This document shows positions 1 through 9,339 of a stretch of 64,000 nt of DNA, in pieces (position 1 is the first letter of the stretch; each line of letters starts with the position of its first letter). The notes under the pieces are model-generated. The model did no database searches and was not told the origin of the DNA. It saw only the letters and a program-made list of their open reading frames with translations. Position numbers and translations under genes: made by a program. The stretch is taken from the NCBI GenBank assembly GCA_029261815.1, contig JAJDAQ010000086.1, positions 47,448 through 111,447 on the forward strand. Reading direction: 5' to 3'. Origin of the DNA: Deltaproteobacteria bacterium (GTDB lineage: Bacteria; Myxococcota_A; UBA9160; UBA6930).

Positions 1-1
1 T

Positions 2-1801
2 CTCCATGTCCACACGGCGCTCTCATCGGATGCCTGGAACTATGATCTCGAGGTGCGGCCGTACGGCGCGTACTCGTACGCCTTCGGCAACGAGATCGAA
101 CTCCCGCTTCCGGACGGCGGGACGCACGCGGTCCGCATCGACCGTCCACTCGATTTCATGGCCGTCACCGACCACGCGGAATTCCTGGGCGAACAGTTGC
201 TGTGCACGGATCCCGCATCCGAGGTGTATGACAGCGATACATGCGAGGGAATCCGAGCGTCGACCGCGCCGACCGACAGCCCGCTGGCGTTCAAGATCAT
301 GCACCCGATGCCTTCAAGGGAAAGCGATGTCTGCGGCACCGACCGCGTTCGTTGCGACGAGGCGATCTCGGCTGGGTGGCAGGAAACGATCGCGGCCGCC
401 GAGGCCTGGCAAGACACGACTGCGGCCTGCGAGCGGACGGCGTTCATCGGCTACGAGTACTCGTCGCATCGCTTGGGTGCCAACCATCACCGAAACGTCA
501 TCTTCGCCGGCAGTTCGGTGGTTTCGCGCCCCGTCTCGTACATCGAGGCGACGCGGGAGTGGGAGCTCTGGGAGTTGCTCCAGTCCGCGTGCCAGGACGC
601 AGGGACCGGGTGCGACGTACTCGCGATTCCCCACAACTCGAATATCTCGGCCGGCCGCATGTTCAAGGTCGACTACCCGGGAACGGATACGGTCGAGGAG
701 CAGGCCGCGCGTGCGCGCTTGCAGGCGGCCATGGAACCCATCGTCGAAGTGATGCAGCACAAAGGAGACTCGGAGTGTCGACGAGGCCTTCCCAACATTC
801 TTGGATCCGACGACGAACTCTGCGACTTCGAGAAGTTCGAGAACAACGCGGCGATGATGGATGGGGCGGATGCCTGTTACGACGGGACGTTCGCGGATTC
901 GATGCCGCACCTGGGGCCTGATTGCCTCTCGCACCGTAGCTATGCCCGATACGCCTTGATCGAGGGCCTCGCGGAAGAAGCGCGGATCGGTGTGAATCCG
1001 TTCAAATTCGGACTCATGGCGAGCACCGACACCCATAACGCCACGGGTGGCGGAGTCCGAGAACGGGACTGGGCCGGGCATCTCGGCGTTGCCGATGCCG
1101 ATCTCGGCCGGCGACTCTCGGACACACCGCGTGTCATGGGGAATGTCTCGAACAATCCCGGGGGTCTCATCGGTGTGTATGCAGAAGAGAACTCTCGCGC
1201 GTCGATTTTTGCCGCGATGAAGCGGCGAGAAGCCTTCGGGACGAGTGGGCCACGGATTCGACCACGCTTCTACGGTGGTTGGAATCTCCCGGAAGACCTC
1301 TGCAGCGCCCCCGGCCTCCTGGCGCGGGCCGACGCTGTCGGTGTTCCGATGGGGTCCGATCTGCCGGACCGCCGGGCGGAAGCGCCGCGGTTCGCGTTCT
1401 TCGCCGAACGGGATGTCGGCGCGCCGGACGCGCCCGGGGGCCTTCTACAACGGATCCAGGTGATCAAGGGTTGGGTCGACGATGACGGCGGCCTCCATCA
1501 GGAAGTCATCGACATCGCCGGCGGCCCGAACGGCGCTTCGGTCGACCCCGCAAGCTGCGAAGTCTCGGGCCCGGGTGCAGACTCGCTGTGCGCCGTGTGG
1601 ACGGATCCGACGTTCGACCCCGAGCGGAGGGCCGTCTACTACGGCCGCGTCGTCGAGAACCCCAGCTGTCGCTATTCGGCCTGGGATTGCATCGGCCTCG
1701 AAGGGGAGGACCGCCCCGCGCACTGCGACGCGCCGACCTACGGTCCAGAGATCCAGGAACGCGCCTGGACTTCGCCGATCTGGTACACCCCAGGCGGCTA
1801 G
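2..1801 (+). CDS. DUF3604-family protein (PHP-like metallohydrolase fold), 5' end cut by the window edge
   Basis: The frame stays open back to position 2 (LHVHTALSSDAW precedes the listed GTG at 53). It is a collinear paralog of 34426-36282, sharing RPLDF..V.DHAE, NSNISAGRMF/NPNLSGGRMF, Q.KGDSE, STD.H and TSPIW motifs. Confidence 0.8.
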   Translation, partial: LHVHTALSSDAWNYDLEVRPYGAYSYAFGNEIELPLPDGGTHAVRIDRPLDFMAVTDHAEFLGEQLLCTDPASEVYDSDTCEGIRASTAPTDSPLAFKIMHPMPSRESDVCGTDRVRCDEAISAGWQETIAAAEAWQDTTAACERTAFIGYEYSSHRLGANHHRNVIFAGSSVVSRPVSYIEATREWELWELLQSACQDAGTGCDVLAIPHNSNISAGRMFKVDYPGTDTVEEQAARARLQAAMEPIVEVMQHKGDSECRRGLPNILGSDDELCDFEKFENNAAMMDGADACYDGTFADSMPHLGPDCLSHRSYARYALIEGLAEEARIGVNPFKFGLMASTDTHNATGGGVRERDWAGHLGVADADLGRRLSDTPRVMGNVSNNPGGLIGVYAEENSRASIFAAMKRREAFGTSGPRIRPRFYGGWNLPEDLCSAPGLLARADAVGVPMGSDLPDRRAEAPRFAFFAERDVGAPDAPGGLLQRIQVIKGWVDDDGGLHQEVIDIAGGPNGASVDPASCEVSGPGADSLCAVWTDPTFDPERRAVYYGRVVENPSCRYSAWDCIGLEGEDRPAHCDAPTYGPEIQERAWTSPIWYTPGG

Positions 1802-1842
1802 GCGGCGACACGCCCCCTCCCCACCTTCCCAAGGAGACTCCC

Positions 1843-2658
1843 ATGTCCGATCCCTTCCGCTACGACGGCCGCCGCGTCCTGCTCACCGGTGGTTCTTCCG
1901 GTGTCGGTGCCGCCACGGTTCGGCTGCTGACCGATGCCGGAGCAGAGGTTCACGTCATCGACGTCAAGCCGGTCGAAGGGCCCGCTGCCTCTTTCATCGA
2001 AGCCGACATGGGCGATCTGGCCTCGGTAGACGCAGCATTGGCCAAGGTCGAGGGGCCGATCCATGGGCTCTTCAATATCGCCGGCATCCCGGGAACGCGC
2101 GGGGCCTCGTCCGTCATGAAGGTGAACTTCCTCGGGCTTCGACACCTGACCGAGAGCCTGTTGGATCGAATGCCGGAAGGCAGTGCCGTCGTGAACGTGG
2201 CCTCGATTGCCGGCGGCGGTTGGCCTGGACATCTGACCCAGATCCAGGAGTTGCTCGCGACCGATGGCTTCGCGAATGGACTCGCCTGGTGCGAAGCGCA
2301 GTCCGAGGACCTGATCGGAGACGGTTACGGGTTTTCCAAGGAGTGCGTGCAGGTCTACACGATGCAGCGCGCCAAGGAACTCATTCAGCGCGGCATTCGC
2401 ATCAACTCGATCTGCCCGGGGCCGATCGAGACCGGGATCATGCCCGAGTTCAAGGCCTCGATGGGTGTGAAGACGATCGAGTGGACCGTGAATGAGGTCA
2501 TCGGGCGACTCTCGCAACCGGAAGAGCATGCGCCGGCCCTGGTGTTCCTCGGCAGCCCGGGAGCCAGCTACATCTCGGGCCACAACCTCGCCACGGATGC
2601 GGGATTTACCGGTGCGATGACTACGGGGCAGATCGACTTCAGCGGACTCGCAGGTTAG
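1843..2658 (+). CDS. SDR-family oxidoreductase
   Basis: ATG at 1843 follows AAGGAG at 1831-1836. It has the Rossmann motif LLTGGSSGVGAAT and SDR length. The longer listed ORF from 1588 has an Arg/Pro-rich non-coding-like N-terminus. Confidence 0.85.
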   Translation: MSDPFRYDGRRVLLTGGSSGVGAATVRLLTDAGAEVHVIDVKPVEGPAASFIEADMGDLASVDAALAKVEGPIHGLFNIAGIPGTRGASSVMKVNFLGLRHLTESLLDRMPEGSAVVNVASIAGGGWPGHLTQIQELLATDGFANGLAWCEAQSEDLIGDGYGFSKECVQVYTMQRAKELIQRGIRINSICPGPIETGIMPEFKASMGVKTIEWTVNEVIGRLSQPEEHAPALVFLGSPGASYISGHNLATDAGFTGAMTTGQIDFSGLAG

Positions 2659-3056
2659 GCGCTCGCGCGCGGCCGGAAGTACGGCAGCGTGATCTCGTCT
2701 GACATCACACGAAACGCGACTTCCACGGCGAGCCCGATGGACACGTCGTCGGGTGCGATGTCGACCAGGTTCGTCAGCATGTGCCAGCCTTCGTCCAGCG
2801 CGATGATGGCCACCACATAGGGCGCCTCGAACTCGGGCCGCTGCGGCCGATGTACGACGGTGTAGCTGTAGACAGTGCCGAGACCGCTGCTCTCGGTCCA
2901 TTCCAGGGTTTCCGTCAGGCAACGGGTGCAACCGGGACGCGGAATGAATACGAGCTGGTCGCAGGTCGTGCATCGCTGCACGAGGAGGCGGCCGTCCTGG
3001 CAGGCTTCCCAATGGGGTGCGGAGACCGGCGTCTTTCGCGGCAACGGGATCGTCAT
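2655..3056 (-). CDS. DUF35 Zn-ribbon/OB-fold protein (acyl-CoA-associated)
   Basis: Double CxxC zinc ribbon (CTTCDQLVFIPRPGCTRC) followed by an OB-fold-like region. Its start overlaps the stop of the upstream thiolase-fold gene (ATGA at 3053-3056). Confidence 0.8.
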   Translation of the reverse strand: MTIPLPRKTPVSAPHWEACQDGRLLVQRCTTCDQLVFIPRPGCTRCLTETLEWTESSGLGTVYSYTVVHRPQRPEFEAPYVVAIIALDEGWHMLTNLVDIAPDDVSIGLAVEVAFRVMSDEITLPYFRPRASA

Positions 3057-4204
3057 GCGGGTTCCTTCCCGAGGAGCAGCGCATCACAGAAGAGGGCGCC
3101 TGCACCCCCATTGGTCGCGAGGGCCACCTTCGCGTCGGGAACGGTGAGTGCATCCGGAAGTTCTCCCCGGAGCTGGCGCACACTATTGGTGACCTTCTGC
3201 AGCATCTGCGCGAGACCCGCATGGCTGTAGGAGAGCAGTCCGCCGTTGGTGGCGACCGGAAGCTCACCGCCCGTGCGGATTCGCCCGTCCATTACGAAGT
3301 CGCCGCCCTCGCCGTAGCCGCAGAAGCCCATGACTTCTAGCTGACGGATGACTTCGAACGAGAAGGGGTCGTAGATCTCGGCGACGTCGACGGCGGCCGG
3401 TGTCAGGCCCGCTTGCGAAAAGGCGCGCTTCCCCGCCCGTTCGCCGACGCGCCCGTGAAGATCGAACAGCGGCGCCGCCGTGTAGGACATGCCCTGGCGA
3501 TCCATGCCGCCGCCGAGGAGATAGACGGGATCGGCGTCGAGGTCCCGGGCGCGTTCGCTCGTCGTCAATACGAGACTGGCGCCGCCCTCGCTGTTGATGC
3601 AGCAGTCGAACAGGTGAAAGGGAGTGGCCACCATGCGCGACGCCAGGACATCTTCGGGTGTGACCTCGCGGCCGAACATCACCGCTTCGGGGTTGCGCGC
3701 GCCATTGGAGCGAATGGCAGCGGCGACTTCGGCGAGCGCTTCTGGTTTCGTGCCATACACGTGCATGTGTCGTTGGGCGATCAGGGCGAACTCGGCGGCC
3801 GTATAGAGGCCCCAGCACTCGACGAACTCATTCGACGGTCGTGTCCACGAAACCGTGGCGCTGTGGTCCTGGTACTCACCGGATTGTGCGGCCGCAATCA
3901 AGACGGTGTCGCACTGGCCGCTGGCGATGGCGGATGCGGCTTCGAGCACGGCCTCGATTCCGGGACTGCCGGTGCCGGTCCAGCACGGGTGGCCTCCCAG
4001 CCATTGCACGGCCTCCCGGGCGTGGATTCCCGAGACCCAGGTGGAAGCGTTGACGCCGTCGACTTCGGCCGCCGTCAAGCCGGCCGAGGCCAGACCGCCG
4101 CGCATGGCATCGAGCAAGAGCGCCGGTTCGGCGACATCGAGCCGCTTGGCTTGCTCGGTGTGATAGGCGCCGACGATCGCGACATCGTGAAGATTCCGTG
4201 CCAT
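3053..4204 (-). CDS. Thiolase-fold protein, SCP-x/lipid-transfer-protein type (possibly aldolase-like)
   Basis: 383 aa with thiolase-like blocks (VAIVGAY, NSEGGASLVL, ATNGGLLSYSHAG, ATNGGAG). The loop where CxSG is expected reads GTGSPG. Confidence 0.75.
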   Translation of the reverse strand: MARNLHDVAIVGAYHTEQAKRLDVAEPALLLDAMRGGLASAGLTAAEVDGVNASTWVSGIHAREAVQWLGGHPCWTGTGSPGIEAVLEAASAIASGQCDTVLIAAAQSGEYQDHSATVSWTRPSNEFVECWGLYTAAEFALIAQRHMHVYGTKPEALAEVAAAIRSNGARNPEAVMFGREVTPEDVLASRMVATPFHLFDCCINSEGGASLVLTTSERARDLDADPVYLLGGGMDRQGMSYTAAPLFDLHGRVGERAGKRAFSQAGLTPAAVDVAEIYDPFSFEVIRQLEVMGFCGYGEGGDFVMDGRIRTGGELPVATNGGLLSYSHAGLAQMLQKVTNSVRQLRGELPDALTVPDAKVALATNGGAGALFCDALLLGKEPA

Positions 4205-4207
4205 CGG

Positions 4208-6712
4208 CTATTCGCCGCCGAACCGGAAGCCGAGTCGGACGCCATAGATGCGTTGGCCGATCGGCCCGAAAGCGGCGGCCACGTAAGGGAGTTGCACCGT
4301 AATCGTGCGCCCGTAGAAGAAGTCCTCTTCCAGGTTCTCGCCGAAGACCTCGACCGAATAGCGACCGTCTGCACTCTCCCAGATGAAGCGGATGTCGGTC
4401 TGGGTGTAGGCCTCGATCCGATCGACCCCGGCCACATTGAAGGGCCTCCGGGTCGAGTCGTCCTTCCACGCGAAGGCGATGACAGGCGTGAGCGTTCCGT
4501 ACTCGCCCAGGTCCCACTCGTAGCGGCTGATCAAGGAGAACGACCATTTTGCTGCGTCTTCGAGCTGGTTCCCAGCGAGATCCTGGAGCGCCGTCGTCTG
4601 GTCCGTGATCTTGGCGATGCATGCCGGGTCACTCAGGGCGACGCCGCGCGGATCGAGGTCGTCCGAGGAGCAGAATTCATCGAACGTGGCATCGAGGTAG
4701 CCGGCTGCGATCTGGATCAGCCAGTCGTCGGTCGGGAACCAGCGCGCTTCGAACTCGATCCCCCAGTTGGTCGCGCCGCCTGCGTTCTCGGTCAGGACCT
4801 GGAAGCCCGCGATCTTGGGAACCTGGAGGTTCGTGTAGTCGTAGTGGAACGCGGTGAGCGCCGTGTTCAGCCGCTGATCTGGCCAGTTCGCCTTCCAACC
4901 TACCTCCCAGGCACGGACGATTTCTTCTTCCACCGGGTTTGGCCTCCCCGGAAGGAGTGCCGGGTCGTCGAACTCGACGATTCCAGCTTTGTATCCCTTC
5001 GAGTACTTGGCGTAGAGCGTCTGGTCCTCGGTCGCGAACCACTTGAGGCCGACCTCGTACGTCATTTCGCGGAAGATGTCCTTGACGTGATTGGATCCGC
5101 CGCTCGTCAGGGGCGTCGGGAGCTCCGTGGTCTTCCGGGAATAGCGATCGCGGTTCTTTCGGACGCCCATGAAGACCTCGACATCGATGGCCTCGGACCA
5201 TTCCGTCCAATCGAAGGGTCGAACCGTCATGTTGGCGAAGGGGGCGAAGCCCGATTCCTCGATGCGGGCGAGGGTTCCGGTCTGCACAAAGGGAACCCGC
5301 GTGAAGTCGTTCCGATAGAGCTCCCGGTCGTACCAGAAGAGGCCCAGTGTCCAATTCACCGGTTGTTCGCCGTCGGAGTGGAGCCGCATTTCGCCGACCC
5401 AGTTCTCGGTCTCGTCGGAGCGATAGTTGTTCACGATCTCGAGGATCGTCCCGTCGACTTCGGCGAAGAACTGCTCCTTTTGCCGGTAGTAGCCGCCAGC
5501 GACGGACAGGACGAGATCGCCGAGCAATGGGACGTTGGCGAAGCGTCGCTCGAAATCCATGTCGGTGAAGTAGACCTCGTTCTCGGGGTCCTGGACATCG
5601 AACGCGTTGGTGGCAAGGCGCCGGTCCCGGTCGTCGGCGATCGTGATGTCGCCGAAGTACGAGGGGTCCCGAAGGACCCCGGGCAGCAGCGTGCCGGCGC
5701 CGTTGACGAGGATATTCTCGAGCGCGTCGTCCTGGGTCTGGATTCCCGGGTCGACGCACAGGGCGGTGACGACGGGTTGGCATGCTGCCAGCGCCACGTT
5801 GGACGCCAGCGCGTAGATCACCGATTGCGGGCTCGTCAGGAGGCTTTGCTTGAACTGCACCAAGCCGTCGTACGGGTCGAAGGGGTGGACCCCGAGTTGC
5901 TGCAAGTCGAAGTTGGACACCCGTGGCGCACTGTCGGCGAACCGGGGAATTCCGACCGTGCCGCTTGCCTCTTCATCCTTGCTCCAATAGCCCCGCCAGT
6001 GGGCGACGGTGTCCTCGTCCGGCTGCCACCGCAGTGTCCCGCGGAACGTCCACGCGTCGGTGCCGCCATCCCGTCGGCGTCCTTCGGTGTTGCGGAGTGC
6101 GGCGTCACGGATGTCCCGCTGGAGAACGAAGCGCGCGGTCAGTCGGTCGTCCCCTTCGCCAAGCAAGGGAACGTTGACGCCGCCGCGAAACTGTCGGCGG
6201 TCGAAGCTTCCGAGCGTGACATCGCCGAACGCTTCCCAGTCGGCGGTGGGCCGTTTCCAGGTCACGTTGATTGCTCCAGCGGTGGCATTCCTTCCGTACA
6301 CCACACCCACCGGGCCACGTTGGACCTCGATGGTCTCGATGTCATAGAGATCGCCGTAGGTTGCCGTCGTGAACTGGAAGATCCCGTTCAAGTGGGCGGC
6401 CACGGGCGATTGGCCCGTGAAGGACTGCGTGATGCCGCGGATCGCGATCGCGCCATTTCCCGCATCCTTGATCTGGGCATTGGGGATGAGGGTGATCACG
6501 TCCTGCAGGGTCTCGATGTTCAGCTCGCGGATCGCACTCTGATCGAATGCCGAGATCGTCGCTGCGACGTCCTGTAGCGATTCGTCGCGCCGCGTGATCG
6601 AGACGCGGATCTCGTCGATTCCCGCGAGGTCATCTGCGGCGCGAACCGGTTCGGCTGTGGGCAGGGAAAGCAGAAGACCTGACGCGAGGCAGAGCAGGGC
6701 GCGCTTCTTCAA
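4208..6712 (-). CDS. TonB-dependent receptor (paralog of 23934-26489)
   Basis: Plug motifs (DEIRVSITRRDESLQDV, IEVQRGPVGVVYGRNATAGAINV) and a long beta-barrel. Likely TTG start at 6712, 5 nt after GAGGAG, giving signal peptide MKKRALLCLASGLLLSLPTAEPVRA. The listed ATG at 6769 is an alternative. Confidence 0.85.
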   Translation of the reverse strand: MKKRALLCLASGLLLSLPTAEPVRAADDLAGIDEIRVSITRRDESLQDVAATISAFDQSAIRELNIETLQDVITLIPNAQIKDAGNGAIAIRGITQSFTGQSPVAAHLNGIFQFTTATYGDLYDIETIEVQRGPVGVVYGRNATAGAINVTWKRPTADWEAFGDVTLGSFDRRQFRGGVNVPLLGEGDDRLTARFVLQRDIRDAALRNTEGRRRDGGTDAWTFRGTLRWQPDEDTVAHWRGYWSKDEEASGTVGIPRFADSAPRVSNFDLQQLGVHPFDPYDGLVQFKQSLLTSPQSVIYALASNVALAACQPVVTALCVDPGIQTQDDALENILVNGAGTLLPGVLRDPSYFGDITIADDRDRRLATNAFDVQDPENEVYFTDMDFERRFANVPLLGDLVLSVAGGYYRQKEQFFAEVDGTILEIVNNYRSDETENWVGEMRLHSDGEQPVNWTLGLFWYDRELYRNDFTRVPFVQTGTLARIEESGFAPFANMTVRPFDWTEWSEAIDVEVFMGVRKNRDRYSRKTTELPTPLTSGGSNHVKDIFREMTYEVGLKWFATEDQTLYAKYSKGYKAGIVEFDDPALLPGRPNPVEEEIVRAWEVGWKANWPDQRLNTALTAFHYDYTNLQVPKIAGFQVLTENAGGATNWGIEFEARWFPTDDWLIQIAAGYLDATFDEFCSSDDLDPRGVALSDPACIAKITDQTTALQDLAGNQLEDAAKWSFSLISRYEWDLGEYGTLTPVIAFAWKDDSTRRPFNVAGVDRIEAYTQTDIRFIWESADGRYSVEVFGENLEEDFFYGRTITVQLPYVAAAFGPIGQRIYGVRLGFRFGGE

Positions 6713-6783
6713 GAAGTCTCCTCGGGCAGCCGGACACAGGCGTGCGGGGGAACCCGGCCATGGTATCACCGACGGCGGATCGG

Positions 6784-6804
6784 AATCCTGCGCGTTCCAG
6801 GATT
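6784..6804. promoter_or_regulatory. Inverted repeat AATCCTG-N7-CAGGATT in a divergent promoter region
   Basis: Perfect 7-bp arms lie between the TonB-dependent receptor start (6712, minus) and the SnoaL-like gene start (6915, plus). Confidence 0.2.
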
Positions 6805-6914
6805 TCGACGGTACCCGCCACTACACTCCTGCGAATTGGGATTTCCCGCGGCCGGTCTGTGCGAGCAGTTCCGCGCCGATACCGACCACGACGATGTGGC
6901 ACTGGAGGCTTGAG

Positions 6915-7340
6915 ATGGGCGCTGTCGAGGATGCCAACAAGGCATTGGCCCGAACGTTCTTCGAGGCATTGAGCACCGCCGATGCTGCGACGCTGGATCG
7001 CCTCTACGCCCCGGACTTCGAGCTCTGGACCGCGGGCTCGCTGCCCTTCTCCGGCCGCAAGACGCGGGAGCAGTCGCTGGCGAATGCGCCGATGGTGCTC
7101 GGCATGTTTCCGGACGGGCTCGCCTTCGAAATCTCGGCGATGACGGCCGAAGGCGAACGCGTCGCGATCGAAGCGGTCAGCAAGGGAACGCATGCCAGCG
7201 GGAAGGCCTACGCGAACGACTACCACTTCCTGATGCGGGTGCGGGACGGCCAGATCATCGAGTTCAAGGAGTACATGGACACCGAGCACGCTCGCGACGT
7301 GTTCTTTGCCGAGGGCGCAGCGCTCGTGGGGACGACCTAG
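6915..7340 (+). CDS. NTF2/SnoaL-like (ketosteroid-isomerase-like) protein
   Basis: ATG at 6915 follows GGAGG at 6904-6908. The pattern ANKALARTFFEALSTADAATLDRLYAPDF is typical of SnoaL-like domains. The listed longer ORF N-terminus is Arg/Ser-rich junk. Confidence 0.75.
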   Translation: MGAVEDANKALARTFFEALSTADAATLDRLYAPDFELWTAGSLPFSGRKTREQSLANAPMVLGMFPDGLAFEISAMTAEGERVAIEAVSKGTHASGKAYANDYHFLMRVRDGQIIEFKEYMDTEHARDVFFAEGAALVGTT

Positions 7341-8446
7341 CCGACGGCCTCGAGGCGCCTGGCGATCGCGTCGGTCGTTCCGTTGTTGACCGCCATGTTG
7401 TTCTCCGCCGGAATCAGGCCGGCGCGGACCATCCGGTCGCCGAGACCCACCATGATGACGTTGAAGCGCATCAGGGCGTAGATCTCCCAGTAGTCGATGT
7501 TGCCGGCGGACATTCCGGTCGCGTTTTCCCAGATGGCGACCATTTCTTCGCGGGTCGGGAAACCTTCGAGTCGCGGGGCCTGCATATCGTCGAACGACTG
7601 CCGATCGAACATGAGCCACCAGCCGATGTCGGCCTGGGGCGAAACCAGCGAGGCCGCTTCCCAGTCCACCACGGCGACGCAGCGGTAGTCGCGCCAGATC
7701 ATGTTGCCGAGGCGCGAGTCTCCCCAGGAGAGGCCGACGGGGGTCTCTTCGGCGTTCGCACGGAGGTAGTCGAAGCATTCCCGCAGCACCGGGTGCGAGC
7801 GATCACCGAGCTGACGCGTGGCGGTGTCTTCGTACAGGTCGAGTTGCAGCGCGAGGCTTGGGTTGCCGGTGCCGGAAGGGTCGAGCCAGTCGAGTCCGGT
7901 CTTCTTCCAGTCGAGCGTGTTCAGGGCCGCCATCGTTTCGATGCCGCTCTTCAGCATCCGGGCGCGCTCCTCGGGTGTCGCCTCTTCCTTGAGGAAGCCG
8001 TCCGTGGAATAACGTGGGACGTCGGCCGGGATCACGCCCTCGACGAACTCCATGACGAAGAATGGGCGTCCCAGCACTGAAGTATCCGCTTCGAAGGGCA
8101 GGGTCGGCGGAATCGGAGCCACGCCGGTGGCTTCGACGTTCTTCATGATGCGATGCTGCACCTCGACCGAGCGCGCGCAGGCCGGGGTCTGTTGCGGAAA
8201 CAGCGCGCCGCCTTCCGGTTCGATGCGGGCCACGAAGCGTTGGCTGGTTTCGGCTCCGCCTTCGCTCCAGGTGGCGGAGAAGAAGACGGTCTCGTTCGAG
8301 AAGCCGGTGGCCCGGGGCATGTCGACGTCGTGCACGCGGAGGTCGGTCACGTCCGGACGCTGCTGCCTCATCCAGGTGTCGAGCGACTCGCGGTAGCTCT
8401 CGGGGTCGCGGACGGCCTTGGCCGGGGTGGCTTCGCTCTCGGACAT
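7337..8446 (-). CDS. Phosphotransferase-family (APH-like) kinase
   Basis: Catalytic-loop-like WGDSRLGN (D..N) and VVDWE motif; 369 aa. This family is often linked to acyl-CoA dehydrogenases. Confidence 0.75.
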   Translation of the reverse strand: MSESEATPAKAVRDPESYRESLDTWMRQQRPDVTDLRVHDVDMPRATGFSNETVFFSATWSEGGAETSQRFVARIEPEGGALFPQQTPACARSVEVQHRIMKNVEATGVAPIPPTLPFEADTSVLGRPFFVMEFVEGVIPADVPRYSTDGFLKEEATPEERARMLKSGIETMAALNTLDWKKTGLDWLDPSGTGNPSLALQLDLYEDTATRQLGDRSHPVLRECFDYLRANAEETPVGLSWGDSRLGNMIWRDYRCVAVVDWEAASLVSPQADIGWWLMFDRQSFDDMQAPRLEGFPTREEMVAIWENATGMSAGNIDYWEIYALMRFNVIMVGLGDRMVRAGLIPAENNMAVNNGTTDAIARRLEAVG

Positions 8447-8535
8447 GAACGCTCCTTGGGGGGCAGGGTGGCGGAAGCGGAAGGGATACCACGACGAGCG
8501 GGTGTGGGCCGCCCGTCATCGCTAGCGTCGAAGCG

Positions 8536-9300
8536 ATGGCCTTGACCTCGAACCAGCGCGCGGACTACGAGCGAGACGGTTTCGTCCTGCTTCCGCGCTT
8601 GATCCCGCAGTCCGAGCTGGCCCGCTGGTCGGCGCGCTTCGAAGACCTGGTATTGGGTCGGGTTCCGGCGCCTGAACGGCTCGTCGTCATGAAGGACGTG
8701 ATGGTTGCGAAGGGCGAGGCTGAGGCGCCGACGCCGCTTCACGCCATCAACAAGATCCTGAGCTTCGAGGAAGACCCCGTGCTCTGGGAGTACGCGGTTT
8801 CCCCTCCGTTGTTGTCCGCCGTCCGCTCGCTGGTGGGCGAAGCGCTCTACTCGATCTCATCGAATGTGTTCAACAAGCCACCGGGCGTGGATGGGCGTCA
8901 CCCGCTCCACCAGGACCTGCGTTACTTCGCGCTGCGCCCGGCGGAGAAGATCGTGGCGGCGTGGACGGCCATCGATGACTGCACGCGCGAGAACGGATGC
9001 CTGGCAGTGATTCCGGGGAGTCACAGGAGTGATCTCCATCGCCACGGGCTGCCGGACTGGGAGCACGTCAACTTCGGGTTCTTCGCCGCCGACGGCGTCG
9101 ACCCGGAGGCCCGCGTGCACATCGAGATGGCACCCGGCGACACCCTGCTTTTTCACCCGCTGCTGGTCCATGGGAGCGGGCGCAATCGGAGCGACGGTTT
9201 TCGACGCGCGATTGCGACCCACTACGCATCCCAGGACTGCGAGCGCCCCGCGGCGGCGCGTAAGCGCCAGCCCGTGATGAAGGCGATCCCGGCGCCCTAG
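8536..9300 (+). CDS. Phytanoyl-CoA dioxygenase (PhyH) family Fe(II)/2-oxoglutarate oxygenase
   Basis: N-terminus YERDGFVLL, HxD motif (HPLHQDLRYF) and distal LLVHGSGRNRS. Confidence 0.8.
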   Translation: MALTSNQRADYERDGFVLLPRLIPQSELARWSARFEDLVLGRVPAPERLVVMKDVMVAKGEAEAPTPLHAINKILSFEEDPVLWEYAVSPPLLSAVRSLVGEALYSISSNVFNKPPGVDGRHPLHQDLRYFALRPAEKIVAAWTAIDDCTRENGCLAVIPGSHRSDLHRHGLPDWEHVNFGFFAADGVDPEARVHIEMAPGDTLLFHPLLVHGSGRNRSDGFRRAIATHYASQDCERPAAARKRQPVMKAIPAP

Positions 9301-9339
9301 GCGCTGGCCCATCGGCGCCGCGCGGGCTATCCACGCGCG

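Noticed and set aside
3413-6577. Very long ORFs antisense to recognised genes. Examples: 1054 aa on + opposite the TBDR at 3413-6577; 505 aa at 22311-23828; 437 aa at 16949-18262; 429 aa at 48772-50061; 422 aa at 46286-47554; 419 aa at 13835-15094; 427 aa at 28051-29334; 402 aa at 54451-55659.
   Set aside because: Stop-codon-poor antisense frames are expected in GC-rich DNA. Their products are Arg/Gly/Asp/Val-rich with no recognisable motifs, while the opposite strand encodes clear domain families with RBSs and coupled starts.
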